Notes: generated from the letters alone by a model not told the origin. A DNA stretch of 26,222 nucleotides from Candidatus Eiseniibacteriota bacterium (GCA_052390515.1 JBQTGV010000119.1:1-26222), one strand, 5' to 3'. Shown: positions 8,853-18,066, counted from the first letter of the stretch. A program made the numbers and translations.

Positions 8853-8881
8853 TTGACACCACTCCGGGCCGCTCGTAGGTT
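8853..8881 (+). promoter_or_regulatory. sigma70 promoter for the tRNA (and probably the tilS operon)
   Basis: TTGACA (8853-8858), 17 nt, TAGGTT (8876-8881), followed by a GC-rich discriminator. Confidence 0.8.
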
Positions 8882-8896
8882 GGCGGGTCCTTTCGG

Positions 8897-8973
8897 GGCG
8901 GTGTAGCTCAGTTGGTCAGAGCAGCGGAATCATAATCCGCGTGTCCGGGGTTCGAATCCCTGCACCGCTACCA
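8897..8973 (+). tRNA. tRNA-Met (CAT), elongator type
   Basis: Acceptor GGCGGTG/CACCGCT+A+CCA; D-arm GCTC..GAGC; anticodon stem GCGGA/TCCGC with loop AT-CAT-AA; T-loop GTTCGAATC. No C1:A72 mismatch or three G:C anticodon-stem pairs, so not initiator; G4/G5 rather than C4/C5, so probably not Ile2. Confidence 0.93.
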
Positions 8974-9027
8974 CCCTCTTTCGGCCGCATCCGGCCGACC
9001 GCCGGGATCCGGTAGACTGCGGAGGCG

Positions 9028-10458
9028 ATGACCTCCGAATTCGCCCGCGGCGTCCTCGAGACGATCGACCGCGAGTCGCTGATTCCACCGGGATCCGTGG
9101 TCGTGTGCGGTTTCTCCGGCGGACCCGACTCGACGGCGCTCCTGCGCGTGCTCCTCGACCTCGCCGGGGAACTGGGGTGCCGCGTCGTCGCCGCGCACCT
9201 GGATCACGCGCTCCGCGAGGAGTCCGCCGCGGACGCCGGCTTCTGCGAAGCGCTCGCGGCGGAGTGGGGGGTTCCCTTCCGCCGGGACCGGATCGATTGG
9301 GAGCGGCACGGCGGCGTGCCCCGCTCGCGGGTCGAGGCGACCTCCCGGACCCTGCGCTACGAGTTCCTGTCGCGGGTCGCGCGGGAGGAGCGCGGGTGCC
9401 TCGCCGTCGGCCACCACGCCGGCGACCGCGCGGAGACGTTCCTCGCCCAGCTCGTCCGCGGGGCGGGTCCGCGGGGTCTGTCCCTTCCCCGGTACCGGCG
9501 GGAGGACGGCGTCATCCGCCCGCTGCTGGACCGGACGCGGGCGGAGATCGCGGCGTTCCTGGAGGAGCGCGGGATCCCCTGGCGAACGGACCCGTCCAAC
9601 GCCGACGGCTCGAACCTCCGCTCGCGCATTCGGAAGGGAGTCGTGCCGCTGCTCGAGCGGGAGAACCCCCAGGCGGTCGCGGCCATCGCCCGGGCGAGCC
9701 GGCTGCTTGCGGACGGGGCGGACTTCCTGGACCGCGCCGCGGACCGGGCGCTGGAGGAGCTTCGCACCCCGGGAAACCCAGGGGAGATCGCGCTTGATGG
9801 CCCGAAGGGCCGCACCTATGATCGGATCGTCCTCTCGTGTCTCTTGGGAAGGGCCGCGCGAGCCCTCGGCTCGGGCGAAGCCGTCGCTCTCGAGCCGCTC
9901 GATCGACTGGTGGCGAGCTGGCAGCGGGGCGAGAGCTTCGCCCTCGACCTTCCGGGGCGAATCCGGATGACGGTCGACGCGCGTCGCGTGGTGGTCGCGC
10001 GCGCCGGGCGGGCAGCCGCGCGCTTCCCGGAACGCGAGGTTCCGGTCCCCGGCGGCGTCGTTTGGGTGAACGAGGACCGCGAACCGGGCGATGTCGGCGT
10101 GCATCTGACGGTCGAGCGCGCCGAGCCGCCGCTGGATCCGGGCAGCGTCTGCGGGCCGCGGTGTGCGTGGGTCGACGCGGAGCGGATCGTAGGCGGCCTT
10201 CGGGTTCGCAGCCGGATGCCGGGAGATCGCTACCGCCCGGTCGGTCGAGGAGGATCGGTGAAGCTGCAGGATCTCTTCGTGGACCGGAAGATCGAGCGGG
10301 CTCGGCGGGATGCCGTTCCGGTCATCGTCGACGGGCGCGGGATCCTCTGGGTCCCCGGATTTCCCGTGGACGAGCGCGGCCGGGTGACCGAAGGAACGAG
10401 GACGGCGTTGCGCCTCGAGGTCGGGGGAGAGCTTCCTCCAACGCCGGGGAATGCATGA
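9028..10458 (+). CDS. tilS: tRNA(Ile)-lysidine synthetase
   Basis: PP-loop SGGPDS, AHLDHALR, R.LRY.F, GHH..D.AET, IRPLL, DPSN, and a C-terminal TilS_C domain (GDR..P...KLQDLF.D.KI). Confidence 0.95.
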   Translation: MTSEFARGVLETIDRESLIPPGSVVVCGFSGGPDSTALLRVLLDLAGELGCRVVAAHLDHALREESAADAGFCEALAAEWGVPFRRDRIDWERHGGVPRSRVEATSRTLRYEFLSRVAREERGCLAVGHHAGDRAETFLAQLVRGAGPRGLSLPRYRREDGVIRPLLDRTRAEIAAFLEERGIPWRTDPSNADGSNLRSRIRKGVVPLLERENPQAVAAIARASRLLADGADFLDRAADRALEELRTPGNPGEIALDGPKGRTYDRIVLSCLLGRAARALGSGEAVALEPLDRLVASWQRGESFALDLPGRIRMTVDARRVVVARAGRAAARFPEREVPVPGGVVWVNEDREPGDVGVHLTVERAEPPLDPGSVCGPRCAWVDAERIVGGLRVRSRMPGDRYRPVGRGGSVKLQDLFVDRKIERARRDAVPVIVDGRGILWVPGFPVDERGRVTEGTRTALRLEVGGELPPTPGNA

Positions 10459-11033
10459 CCAGCGTGGACACTCGAGCGAAGGCGCCGATCGGTAACGTGC
10501 TCCTCTCGGAGGAGAGGATCCGCGCCCGGGTGCGCGAGCTGGGGCGGGAGATCGCCCGGGAGTACGACGGCAAGAACCCGGTGCTCGTGAACCTGCTCAA
10601 GGGCGGCTTCATCTTCCTGGCGGACCTCGTCCGGGCCATGAACGTAGAGTGCGAGATGGACTTCATGGTGGTCACCAGCTACGAGGACAAGACCGAGTCC
10701 AGCGGGGTGGTTCGCATCCTGTCGGATCTGGGGTTGAACATCGCCGGGCGGCACGTGTTGATCGTCGAGGACATCGTCGACACGGGACTCACGCTGGAGT
10801 ACATCCGGGAGCTGCTGATCGCGCGCAACCCCGCTTCGCTCAAGATCGTCACGCTGCTCGACAAGTCGGCGCGACGCGTGCTGCACGTCCCCATCGACTG
10901 GGTGGGCTTCGAGATCCCCGACGAGTTCGTCGTGGGCTACGGGCTGGACTACGCGCAGCGTTTCCGCAACCTTCCCTACATCACCGTACTGGACGGAAGC
11001 GCTTTGCCGCCCGTGCGCGGCGCGGGAGAGTGA
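10455..11033 (+). CDS. hpt: hypoxanthine phosphoribosyltransferase
   Basis: ATG 10455 overlaps the tilS stop (ATGA). LKGGFIFLADL, PRPP motif VLIVEDIVDTGLT, FVVGYGLDYA..FRNLPYI. Confidence 0.96.
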   Translation: MTSVDTRAKAPIGNVLLSEERIRARVRELGREIAREYDGKNPVLVNLLKGGFIFLADLVRAMNVECEMDFMVVTSYEDKTESSGVVRILSDLGLNIAGRHVLIVEDIVDTGLTLEYIRELLIARNPASLKIVTLLDKSARRVLHVPIDWVGFEIPDEFVVGYGLDYAQRFRNLPYITVLDGSALPPVRGAGE

Positions 11034-11037
11034 TCGG

Positions 11038-13104
11038 ATGACGGACCCCCACGGCAAGGACGGCTTCGGCGGCGGTGATCGGCCGGGCGGGGATCGCCTC
11101 GGCGGGGATCGGCCCGAGCAGGAGGACTTCCCGCCCCGGCAGTCCAAGGAGAAGCGGGACTCGGGAGGCGGCTCTCCGCGCCGCGAGCCTCCGCGATACG
11201 GCCGCGCCACCAAGACGATGGCCTTCTGGGCGGTCCTCATCCTGCTGTTCCTGGTCGTCTTCCACACCGTGTACAACGATCCGGGCCGGGAAGCGCAGAT
11301 CATCTACAGCGAGTTCCTGGAGCAGGTCGACGGCGGCAACATCAAGAGCCTGCACATCATCGTGGGCGAAGAGGCCCGCGGGGAGCTGCAGAGCGCGTCG
11401 GTGACCGAGTACCAGGGAGTCAGCCAGCCGTACACGCGCTTCAAGGTGGTCGTGCCCGACGACGACGACCTGGACGACCGCATCGCGGCCAAGAACCCCG
11501 AAGCGAAGATCAGCTACGGACGCCGCGGGACGAACTGGACGCACCTGCTGGCCGCGTGGCTCCCGATCCTGCTGATCCTGGGCATCTGGATCTTCATCAT
11601 GCGCCAGATGCAGAGCGGCGGGAACCGCGCGTTCACCTTCGGCAAGAGCAAGGCCCGGCTCCTCACCGGGGGCGATCGCCCCAAGATCACGTTCGAGGAC
11701 GTGGCCGGCGCCACCGAGGCGAAGCAGGAGCTGCAGGAGATCATCGAGTTCCTCCGGGAACCGGCGAAGTTCCAGAAGCTCGGCGGCAAGATCCCCAAGG
11801 GTGCGCTTCTGCTCGGCTCTCCGGGAACAGGCAAGACGCTGCTGGCCAAGGCCGTGGCGGGGGAAGCCGGCGTGCCGTTCTTCTCCATGTCGGGCTCGGA
11901 CTTCGTGGAGATGTTCGTGGGCGTGGGCGCTTCCCGCGTGCGCGACCTCTTCGAGCAGGGACGCAAGAGCGCGCCTTGCATCATCTTCATCGACGAGATC
12001 GACGCGGTCGGCCGGCACCGCGGGGCGGGGCTCGGTGGCGGGCACGACGAACGCGAGCAGACGCTGAATCAATTGTTGGTCGAGATGGACGGGTTCGACA
12101 GCTCGGACGGCGTGATCCTGATCGCGGCGACGAACCGCCCGGACGTGCTGGATCCGGCGCTGCTGCGGCCCGGGCGCTTCGACCGGCAGATCGTCGTGGA
12201 CATGCCCGACGTGCGCGGTCGGCTCGGCATCCTGAAGGTGCACGCGCGGCCCATCCCGCTCGCCGGCGAGGTGGACCTGGAGAAGATCGCGCGAGGCACG
12301 CCGGGGTTCTCCGGGGCGGATCTCGCGAACGTGATGAACGAGGCGGCGCTCCTCGCCGCTCGTCGCAACCGCGACGAGGTCACCATGCTCGACCTCATCG
12401 ACGCGAAGGACAAGGTGGCCATGGGCGCGGAGCGCAAGAGCCTGATCCTCTCCGAGAAGGAGAAGGAGGTCATCGCCTATCACGAGGCCGGTCACGCGCT
12501 CGTCGCCATGAAGACGCACGGCGCGGATCCGGTGGAGAAGGTGACGATCGTCCCGCGCGGGCGCTCGCTCGGCGCCACGTACCAGCTGCCCATCGACGAG
12601 AAGCACAACCTCAACCGCACGTACCTGCAGGGCAAGATGGCCATCCTCATGGCCGGGCGGGTCGCCGAGGAGCTCGTCTTCAACGAGATCACCAACGGCG
12701 CCAAGGGCGACATCGACATGGCCACGAACCTGGCGAAGCGGATGGTCTGCGAGTGGGGCATGAGCGATCGGCTGGGACCGATCGCACTGGGCCGCCCCGA
12801 CGAGGAGGTGTTCCTCGGCCGCGAGATCGTCCAGAACCGGCACGTCAGCGAGGAGACCTCGGAGGTGATCGACCAGGAGGTCCGCGGTCTCGTCGAGGCC
12901 GGAAAGCGACGGGCTCACGAGATCGTTTCCGAGCACCGCGAGATCCTCCATTCGCTGGCCATGGCGCTGCTGGAACGCGAGACGATCGACGAGGAGGAGG
13001 TGAAGCTCCTCGTCACCGGGAACCCGCTGCCGGCTCCGTCGCGGCGGATCCTCGAGGAAGCCGAGGCTCCCACGAACCAGGTCGGTGAGAAACCCTCCAG
13101 CTAG
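11038..13104 (+). CDS. ftsH: ATP-dependent zinc metalloprotease FtsH
   Basis: Two TMs, Walker A GSPGTGKT, Walker [36 protein letters not shown] zinc motif. Confidence 0.98.
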   Translation: MTDPHGKDGFGGGDRPGGDRLGGDRPEQEDFPPRQSKEKRDSGGGSPRREPPRYGRATKTMAFWAVLILLFLVVFHTVYNDPGREAQIIYSEFLEQVDGGNIKSLHIIVGEEARGELQSASVTEYQGVSQPYTRFKVVVPDDDDLDDRIAAKNPEAKISYGRRGTNWTHLLAAWLPILLILGIWIFIMRQMQSGGNRAFTFGKSKARLLTGGDRPKITFEDVAGATEAKQELQEIIEFLREPAKFQKLGGKIPKGALLLGSPGTGKTLLAKAVAGEAGVPFFSMSGSDFVEMFVGVGASRVRDLFEQGRKSAPCIIFIDEIDAVGRHRGAGLGGGHDEREQTLNQLLVEMDGFDSSDGVILIAATNRPDVLDPALLRPGRFDRQIVVDMPDVRGRLGILKVHARPIPLAGEVDLEKIARGTPGFSGADLANVMNEAALLAARRNRDEVTMLDLIDAKDKVAMGAERKSLILSEKEKEVIAYHEAGHALVAMKTHGADPVEKVTIVPRGRSLGATYQLPIDEKHNLNRTYLQGKMAILMAGRVAEELVFNEITNGAKGDIDMATNLAKRMVCEWGMSDRLGPIALGRPDEEVFLGREIVQNRHVSEETSEVIDQEVRGLVEAGKRRAHEIVSEHREILHSLAMALLERETIDEEEVKLLVTGNPLPAPSRRILEEAEAPTNQVGEKPSS
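11071..11115 (+). repeat. 3 x 15-bp imperfect in-frame tandem repeat ([15 protein letters not shown]) in the ftsH N-terminal extension
   Basis: ggcggtgatcggccg / ggcggggatcgcctc / ggcggggatcggccc. Confidence 0.8.
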
Positions 13105-13113
13105 CGAGCGACC

Positions 13114-13995
13114 GTGGAGGCCGAGCTCCGCGACATCATCCCCCCGCGCGATCCGCAACGAAGGACGCGCCTGCTCGGCATCCTGAACCTCACCCCGGAC
13201 TCCTTCCACGACGGCGGCCGCGACGCGTCCGTCGAAGACTCGGTGGCCCGTGCGCGCGCCATGGTCGAGGCCGGCGCGGACGCGCTGGACCTCGGCGCGG
13301 AGTCGTCGCGGCCGGGAGCCGCGCCCGTGTCCGAGCGTGAAGAGCTCGACCGGCTGCTACCCGTCCTGGAGCGGGTCGTGGAGCTCGGGGTGACCGTGTC
13401 CGTGGACACGGTGAAGGCGGGCGTGGCAAGGCGGGCGCTCCAGGCGGGCGCCACCCTCGTCAACGACGTCTCCGCCCTCTCCTCCGATCCGGCGATGGCC
13501 GACGTCTGCGCGGAGGCGGGTGCGGCAGTCATCCTCATGCACCGGCGCGGGAGACCCCAGGACATGCAGTCCCTCGCGGACTACGACGACGTCGTGGGCG
13601 AAGTCCTCCGCTACCTCGAGGGGCGCCTCCGCGCGGCCATCCGCTCCGGCATCGACGAGCGGCGGATCCTCGTCGATCCGGGGATCGGCTTCGCCAAGAC
13701 GGCGGAGCAGAGCCTCGAGGTGGTGAGCCGGCTCGGCGAGCTCCGCTCCCTCGGCCGGCCCGTCGTGCTCGGGGCTTCCCGCAAGTCCTTCCTCTCCCGA
13801 TACTCCGGGAAGGAAACGACCGAGCGGCTCCCGGGCACGATCGCGGTCACGGCGCTGGCGGTCCTGGCCGGAGTGGAGGTGATCCGCGTGCACGACGTCG
13901 CCGAGAACGCCGCCGCCGCACGCACGATCGAGGCCGTGCTCAGTCGAAGACCCGGCATTGCCGCGGCCCGCTCGACGGTGGAGGAGCGTTGCTGA
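13114..13995 (+). CDS. folP: dihydropteroate synthase
   Basis: GILNLTPDSF.DGG, DLGAESSRPGA, SVDT, VNDVS, LMH, DPGIGFAKT, GASRKSF, RVHDV; conserved ftsH-folP synteny. Confidence 0.96.
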   Translation: MEAELRDIIPPRDPQRRTRLLGILNLTPDSFHDGGRDASVEDSVARARAMVEAGADALDLGAESSRPGAAPVSEREELDRLLPVLERVVELGVTVSVDTVKAGVARRALQAGATLVNDVSALSSDPAMADVCAEAGAAVILMHRRGRPQDMQSLADYDDVVGEVLRYLEGRLRAAIRSGIDERRILVDPGIGFAKTAEQSLEVVSRLGELRSLGRPVVLGASRKSFLSRYSGKETTERLPGTIAVTALAVLAGVEVIRVHDVAENAAAARTIEAVLSRRPGIAAARSTVEERC

Positions 13996-14765
13996 GCTTC
14001 CTCGGGAATCACTGGCTCCTCGACGTGCTCGACATCGGGATCGTCACCGTCATCTTCTACAAGCTGTACATGTTCATCCGCTCCACGCGAGCGGTGACGA
14101 TGTTCCTCGGCCTCCTGATCATCATCGGGGCCGGAGTGCTCGCCCAGGTGCTGGGGCTTCACGGCCTGAACTGGATCATCGGCAGCCTGAAGACGATCTG
14201 GCTCATCGGCTTCCTGATCGTCTTCCAGCCTGAGCTTCGCCGCGTCCTGGCGAACCTGGGCCAGAACCCGCTCGTGCGGCCCTTCGTGGCCCGGACCGAG
14301 ACGGCCGAAGATGTCGACGTCATCGTGAACGCCGCGTTCGAGATGGCCGAGAAGCGCATCGGCGCGCTGCTGGTGATCCTGGGCCCGCACGGCGGGCTCA
14401 AGGGCGTGATCGAGACGGGAACGCCGCTGCAGGCCCGCGTGAGCGAAGAGCTCCTGCTCGCCATCTTCACGCCGCGGAGCCCCCTCCACGACGGCGCGGT
14501 GATCATCCAGGGTGACCAGATCGTCGCCGCGGGGTGCATCTTGCCGCTCACCCAGGATCCGCGGCTCTCCCGGGCACTGGGAACCCGGCACCGTGCCGGG
14601 ATCGGCATCACCGAGGAGTCGGACTGCGAGGCGATCATCATCTCCGAGGAGACCGGCACGGTCTCCCGGGCGAAGAACGGTCACCTGCAGCGGCGCCTCG
14701 ATCGGGAGAAGCTCCGCGGCCTCCTCCATGCCTCCTACCGCGAGCGCGAGGCCGAAGCGGCTTGA
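13989..14765 (+). CDS. cdaA: membrane-bound diadenylate cyclase (c-di-AMP synthase)
   Basis: Three N-terminal TMs, FQPELRR.L, catalytic PLHDGA and LGTRHRA motifs, SEETG. Confidence 0.95.
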   Translation: MLSFLGNHWLLDVLDIGIVTVIFYKLYMFIRSTRAVTMFLGLLIIIGAGVLAQVLGLHGLNWIIGSLKTIWLIGFLIVFQPELRRVLANLGQNPLVRPFVARTETAEDVDVIVNAAFEMAEKRIGALLVILGPHGGLKGVIETGTPLQARVSEELLLAIFTPRSPLHDGAVIIQGDQIVAAGCILPLTQDPRLSRALGTRHRAGIGITEESDCEAIIISEETGTVSRAKNGHLQRRLDREKLRGLLHASYREREAEAA

Positions 14766-14771
14766 TCCGCG

Positions 14772-14806
14772 CGGCGGTCGTGCCGGCGCACGGCGGTCGT
14801 GCCGGC
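14772..14806 (+). repeat. 16-bp direct repeat x2
   Basis: CGGCGGTCGTGCCGGC at 14772-14787 and 14791-14806. Confidence 0.85.
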
Positions 14807-14810
14807 CGAT

Positions 14811-14893
14811 GCCGGAGGCGTTCCGAACGTCCACGCGCATCTCCCCGGCTACGCGCGGCCATCCTGGGGACCCTCCCCGGGAACGCCTCCGGC
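14811..14893. repeat. perfect 14-bp inverted repeat enclosing 55 nt
   Basis: GCCGGAGGCGTTCC (14811-14824) and GGAACGCCTCCGGC (14880-14893). Confidence 0.85.
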
Positions 14894-15218
14894 TGGTTCG
14901 CCGGCCTGTGTCGGATGAGCCGGAAGGGCCTGGCCAACGCCCTCCCCTCTCCGTTCTGAAAGACCGGTCCGACCACCGGATCTCGATCTGCCGGACCCAC
15001 CCCGCGGACGGGAGACACGGTGACCCGGACCGGCCCGACTTCTGAGTACGCCGCCCTGCCGTGCAAGGCGCGGGCCGCGCCTCGCCCGCGTTCGGAGGAA
15101 TCCGCGATGTCGTTGCCGTTCACGGTGTTCGCGACGGCGAGGTACGGCGGCCGCGCGCCGGGCAGGGTTGTCGCCGAAATCCCGAGTCGACACTTCCCTC
15201 AACACGGGTTGCGGGCGA

Positions 15219-16034
15219 TCAGCGCCGGTAGGTCTCCGGCCGCCGATCGCGGAGCAGGTCGTTGTGGTCGTTGAGCCGCTTGTCGCGCGCGCGCGTCAGG
15301 TCGAGCGCCTCGACCCGGACCCACTCGCCGCCGCGCGGCGCCCTCGCCAGAAGCCCGCCGCGCGGCCCCGTGATCTGGCTGCGGCCGGTGAAGCGCACCG
15401 AAAGCTCGCCGCGGTCGTCCTGCCCGACCCGGTTCGCGGTGACGGCGAAGACGCCGTTTTCCAGGCACCGCGTGATCATCGCCTCGGGGCAGACGTCGAG
15501 CACGAGGTTCGAGGGGTGCAGCACAACCTCCGCTCCGTCGAGTGCCAGGCTGCGCGCCGCCTCCGGGAACCGCCAGTCGAAGCAGATCATCACGCCCGCG
15601 CGCACCCGGCCGGAGCGCGTCTCGAGGTCGGCGGCGCAAAAGGGACGGTCGCCCGGGTCGAAGAGCAGCGTCTCTCGATCGAAGAGATGCACCTTGCGGT
15701 ACACGTGCACCGTGCCGTCCGGGCCGACCAGCGCGGACGAGTTGAACAGCCGGCTCCCGTCGCGCTCGGCAAAGCCTCCCACGAGCCATCCGCCGCGCGC
15801 AGCCGCCCACCCGAGCAACGCCGCCACCGTCGGGCCGTGATCGTCCTCGGCCAGTGACTGCACCTCTGCGCGGTCGCGGAAGCAGTATCCGGTGGAGAAC
15901 AGCTCGGGAAGGACGAGCACGTCGAAGTCCGGCGCGCTTCGCACGAGGCGATCGGCCCCTTCCAGGTTCCTCGTCACGTCGCCGAAACGTGGATCGGTCT
16001 GGACGAATCCGGCGCGGATTTTCTCGGCGATCAC
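15219..16034 (-). CDS. carbon-nitrogen hydrolase (nitrilase superfamily amidase)
   Basis: Glu-Lys-Cys triad in VLPELF, YRKVHLF, ICFDWRFPE. Likely start is GTG 16034, since the domain begins at IRAGFVQ. Confidence 0.88.
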   Translation of the reverse strand: MIAEKIRAGFVQTDPRFGDVTRNLEGADRLVRSAPDFDVLVLPELFSTGYCFRDRAEVQSLAEDDHGPTVAALLGWAAARGGWLVGGFAERDGSRLFNSSALVGPDGTVHVYRKVHLFDRETLLFDPGDRPFCAADLETRSGRVRAGVMICFDWRFPEAARSLALDGAEVVLHPSNLVLDVCPEAMITRCLENGVFAVTANRVGQDDRGELSVRFTGRSQITGPRGGLLARAPRGGEWVRVEALDLTRARDKRLNDHNDLLRDRRPETYRR

Positions 16035-16232
16035 GGCGCGGCTTCCGCCCGATCCCGGGCGTACAGCGGCCACGTTCCCATGGCCGGCGGCCGGCTCCGT
16101 CCTGCCGCCCGGACCGCTTCGCACGACCGCGACCTTTGCAAAAAGCCCTGCTCCCGCTGGTGAGAGGCGAACTTCTGCGAAAGATTCTTGGTAGAATCGA
16201 TCAGACCTGATCGCCTGCGACACCGCGGATCG

Positions 16233-16249
16233 TTGGCACTTGCCTTGCT
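16233..16249 (+). promoter_or_regulatory. sigma54 (-24/-12) promoter
   Basis: TTGGCAC-TTGCC-TTGCT, a near-perfect match to TGGCAC-N5-TTGCW, 43 nt upstream of GTG 16292. Confidence 0.8.
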
Positions 16250-16291
16250 GCGCCACCGGTTCCAGACGACGGCGCAGACGGAGGTGATCCG

Positions 16292-17047
16292 GTGCACCAC
16301 GGGTCCTACTACGACCTGAGCCGACCTTCGGACCGCAAGGAGAGCACGACGTACTTCGTGCTGGACTCCCTGCTCCGCAGCCGCATCGAGTGCGGTTTCG
16401 AGTCCGACCCGGACCGGCACGACGAGAGCGTGAACGTGTACCTCGTGCACTTGCTCGCGTCGCTCGTCGGCGCGCCCGGCCGCGGCGAGCTGACCGCCAC
16501 CCGCGACGTGGACGTGTTCGAGAAGGTCCGTCACGTCTCCGACCCGCGCTTCAAGTGCGAAGTCTACCGCGCCAACGCCGATCATCTGCTCGTCTCCACC
16601 GGGATCTTCGGGGACACGCCGTACGCCGACCGCGACGGGCGCCGAGTGTACGACGGCGCGGCGCAGGAGCGCATCGGCAGAGGAAAGGCCTACTACCACT
16701 ACGCCGCAGCCTTCCACGAGCGGACCGCGGCCGCGTCGCCGGCGGTGGGCGACGTCCTCTGCCGGCTGTCCCAGGATTTCGAGCGGTTCGTCGACGTGCT
16801 GTTCCACATGCGCGGCGAGTACTTCCACCTGTACCAGCGCTTCCGCGAGCAGACCTTCGCGGCGCTGACCGCCGGACCCGCGGCCGAGATCGCCGCGAGC
16901 GACGTGCGGATGCTCCGCGACGATTTCCTCGACGCGTACTGGCGCTGGCACGTGAATCCCGAGCCGGAGACTCGCGCGGTGCTGGAGGAGTCGGTGCAGC
17001 GTCTGCGTGCCGCGGATCCCTCGTTCGACTTCAAGCTGCCGGAGTAG
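16292..17047 (+). CDS. conserved-looking hypothetical cytoplasmic protein, probably helical
   Basis: GGAGG SD at 16281 and strong GC3 codon bias; motifs VNVYLVHLL, AD.LL..TGIF, GKAYY..AA, L...F..FVDVL. Confidence 0.82.
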   Translation: MHHGSYYDLSRPSDRKESTTYFVLDSLLRSRIECGFESDPDRHDESVNVYLVHLLASLVGAPGRGELTATRDVDVFEKVRHVSDPRFKCEVYRANADHLLVSTGIFGDTPYADRDGRRVYDGAAQERIGRGKAYYHYAAAFHERTAAASPAVGDVLCRLSQDFERFVDVLFHMRGEYFHLYQRFREQTFAALTAGPAAEIAASDVRMLRDDFLDAYWRWHVNPEPETRAVLEESVQRLRAADPSFDFKLPE

Positions 17048-17789
17048 CAGGGCCTTCCAGCAGCTCCAGCACCGGGGCGTAGACCGCCCGCTCGCGGTCT
17101 GGCGCCGTGGTCAGCACGTGGCCCTGTCCGTCCAGCAGCGCCAGACGCTTCATCTCCGTGGCCGCGTGCCGGTGCAGCTCCCGGGCGCCGCGAAGGGAGA
17201 CGCTGCCGTCGTCCCGCGAGGCGAGGACGAGCAGCGGGCAGCGCAGCTCGGCGACGAGCGGGCGTGTCTGCCGGATCCCGCGGAGGAGCTCCCACTGCCA
17301 GCGCCACGTCGCCCAGGCGAGAGGCGGGCGGACCGCACCGAGCGCGGCGAGCAGCCAGAGCCGCCGGAGCACGTAGGGGCGAAACGCGGGAGCCAGCGCC
17401 GCCACGCGCGTGGCGCGACGACACGCGGCGACGTGCACGGCGAGAACGGCGCCGAGCGACTGCGCGACGACCGCCGCACCCCCGCCTGCCCCGGCGAGCA
17501 CGTCGAAAGCCTCGACGCTCCGGCCCACGAGGTCCGCGAAGCGGAGGTCGCCGAGCGCTTCCGGTCCGCGGCCGTGTCGCGGCAGGAGCGGGCAGAGCAC
17601 GTTTCGCCCGCGCCGTGAGAGCCATTCCGCGAGGTGCCGGAAGTCGGCGGGGCTGCCGCCGGCGCCGTGAAGCAGCAGGACCGGCTCGTGGCCGTCGCGG
17701 CCGGGCAGGCGAAACGACCAGTGTTCGCGGCCGACGCCGTCCGACTCCTCGGCGGCGTTCCAGGAGCTCACCGCTTCGTCCGCGTTCAC
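17031..17789 (-). CDS. alpha/beta-fold hydrolase (carboxylesterase-like)
   Basis: Oxyanion LLHGAGG, nucleophile AQSLG, acid RDDGSV, His QGHVL. Overlaps the convergent gene by 17 nt. Confidence 0.82.
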   Translation of the reverse strand: MNADEAVSSWNAAEESDGVGREHWSFRLPGRDGHEPVLLLHGAGGSPADFRHLAEWLSRRGRNVLCPLLPRHGRGPEALGDLRFADLVGRSVEAFDVLAGAGGGAAVVAQSLGAVLAVHVAACRRATRVAALAPAFRPYVLRRLWLLAALGAVRPPLAWATWRWQWELLRGIRQTRPLVAELRCPLLVLASRDDGSVSLRGARELHRHAATEMKRLALLDGQGHVLTTAPDRERAVYAPVLELLEGPATPAA

Positions 17790-17813
17790 GCTCGAGGCGA
17801 AGCGCGGCAGCCC

Positions 17814-17850
17814 GAAAGTGAGAAGGGCGCGAACGAGTCGCGCCCCTCTC
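17814..17850 (-). terminator. intrinsic terminator downstream of 6S RNA
   Basis: Minus strand GAGAGGGGCGCGA-CTCGT-TCGCGCCCTTCTC (13 bp including one G:U) followed by ACTTTC. Confidence 0.65.
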
Positions 17851-17858
17851 GAAGGGTC

Positions 17859-18036
17859 ACCCCGTGATGCCGTCCGGAGCCATAGAGATTGACCCGATGA
17901 ATCAAAGTGGGTGCCCGCACGGTCCGTTCGGTCCGCACGCGCAAGGCCGCGGACGTCCCAACCGAATGTTGAGCTCCCTTGATCGAGTCATTAGGTTCAA
18001 ATTCTCTACGACGTCCGATCGAGCAACACAGGGTTC
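17859..18036 (-). ncRNA. ssrS: 6S RNA
   Basis: About 178-nt rod-like fold. Closing stem ACCCTGTG/CACGGGGT; internal TAGAGA/TCTCTA and TTGAACC/GGGTCAA pairings; conserved 6S words GGGAGC, GGCACCCAC, CGGGTC, CGGCA as in Bacillus-type 6S; own promoter and terminator. Confidence 0.85.
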
Positions 18037-18066
18037 TTCACTACATCGGCCGAAACCGACACGTCG

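Noticed and set aside
8897..9027. tRNA as an integration site for a genomic island
   Set aside because: No integrase, no duplicated tRNA 3' end seen, and core genes follow immediately.
14894..14995. Minus-strand cloverleaf-like stretch with TTCAGA loop and long arm, resembling tRNA-Sec
   Set aside because: No TTCGA T-loop with a paired stem, the anticodon stem does not close around TCA, and there is no proper acceptor stem.
14766..15218. c-di-AMP (ydaO) or glycine riboswitch next to cdaA
   Set aside because: The consensus words are absent and the region lies downstream of both flanking genes.
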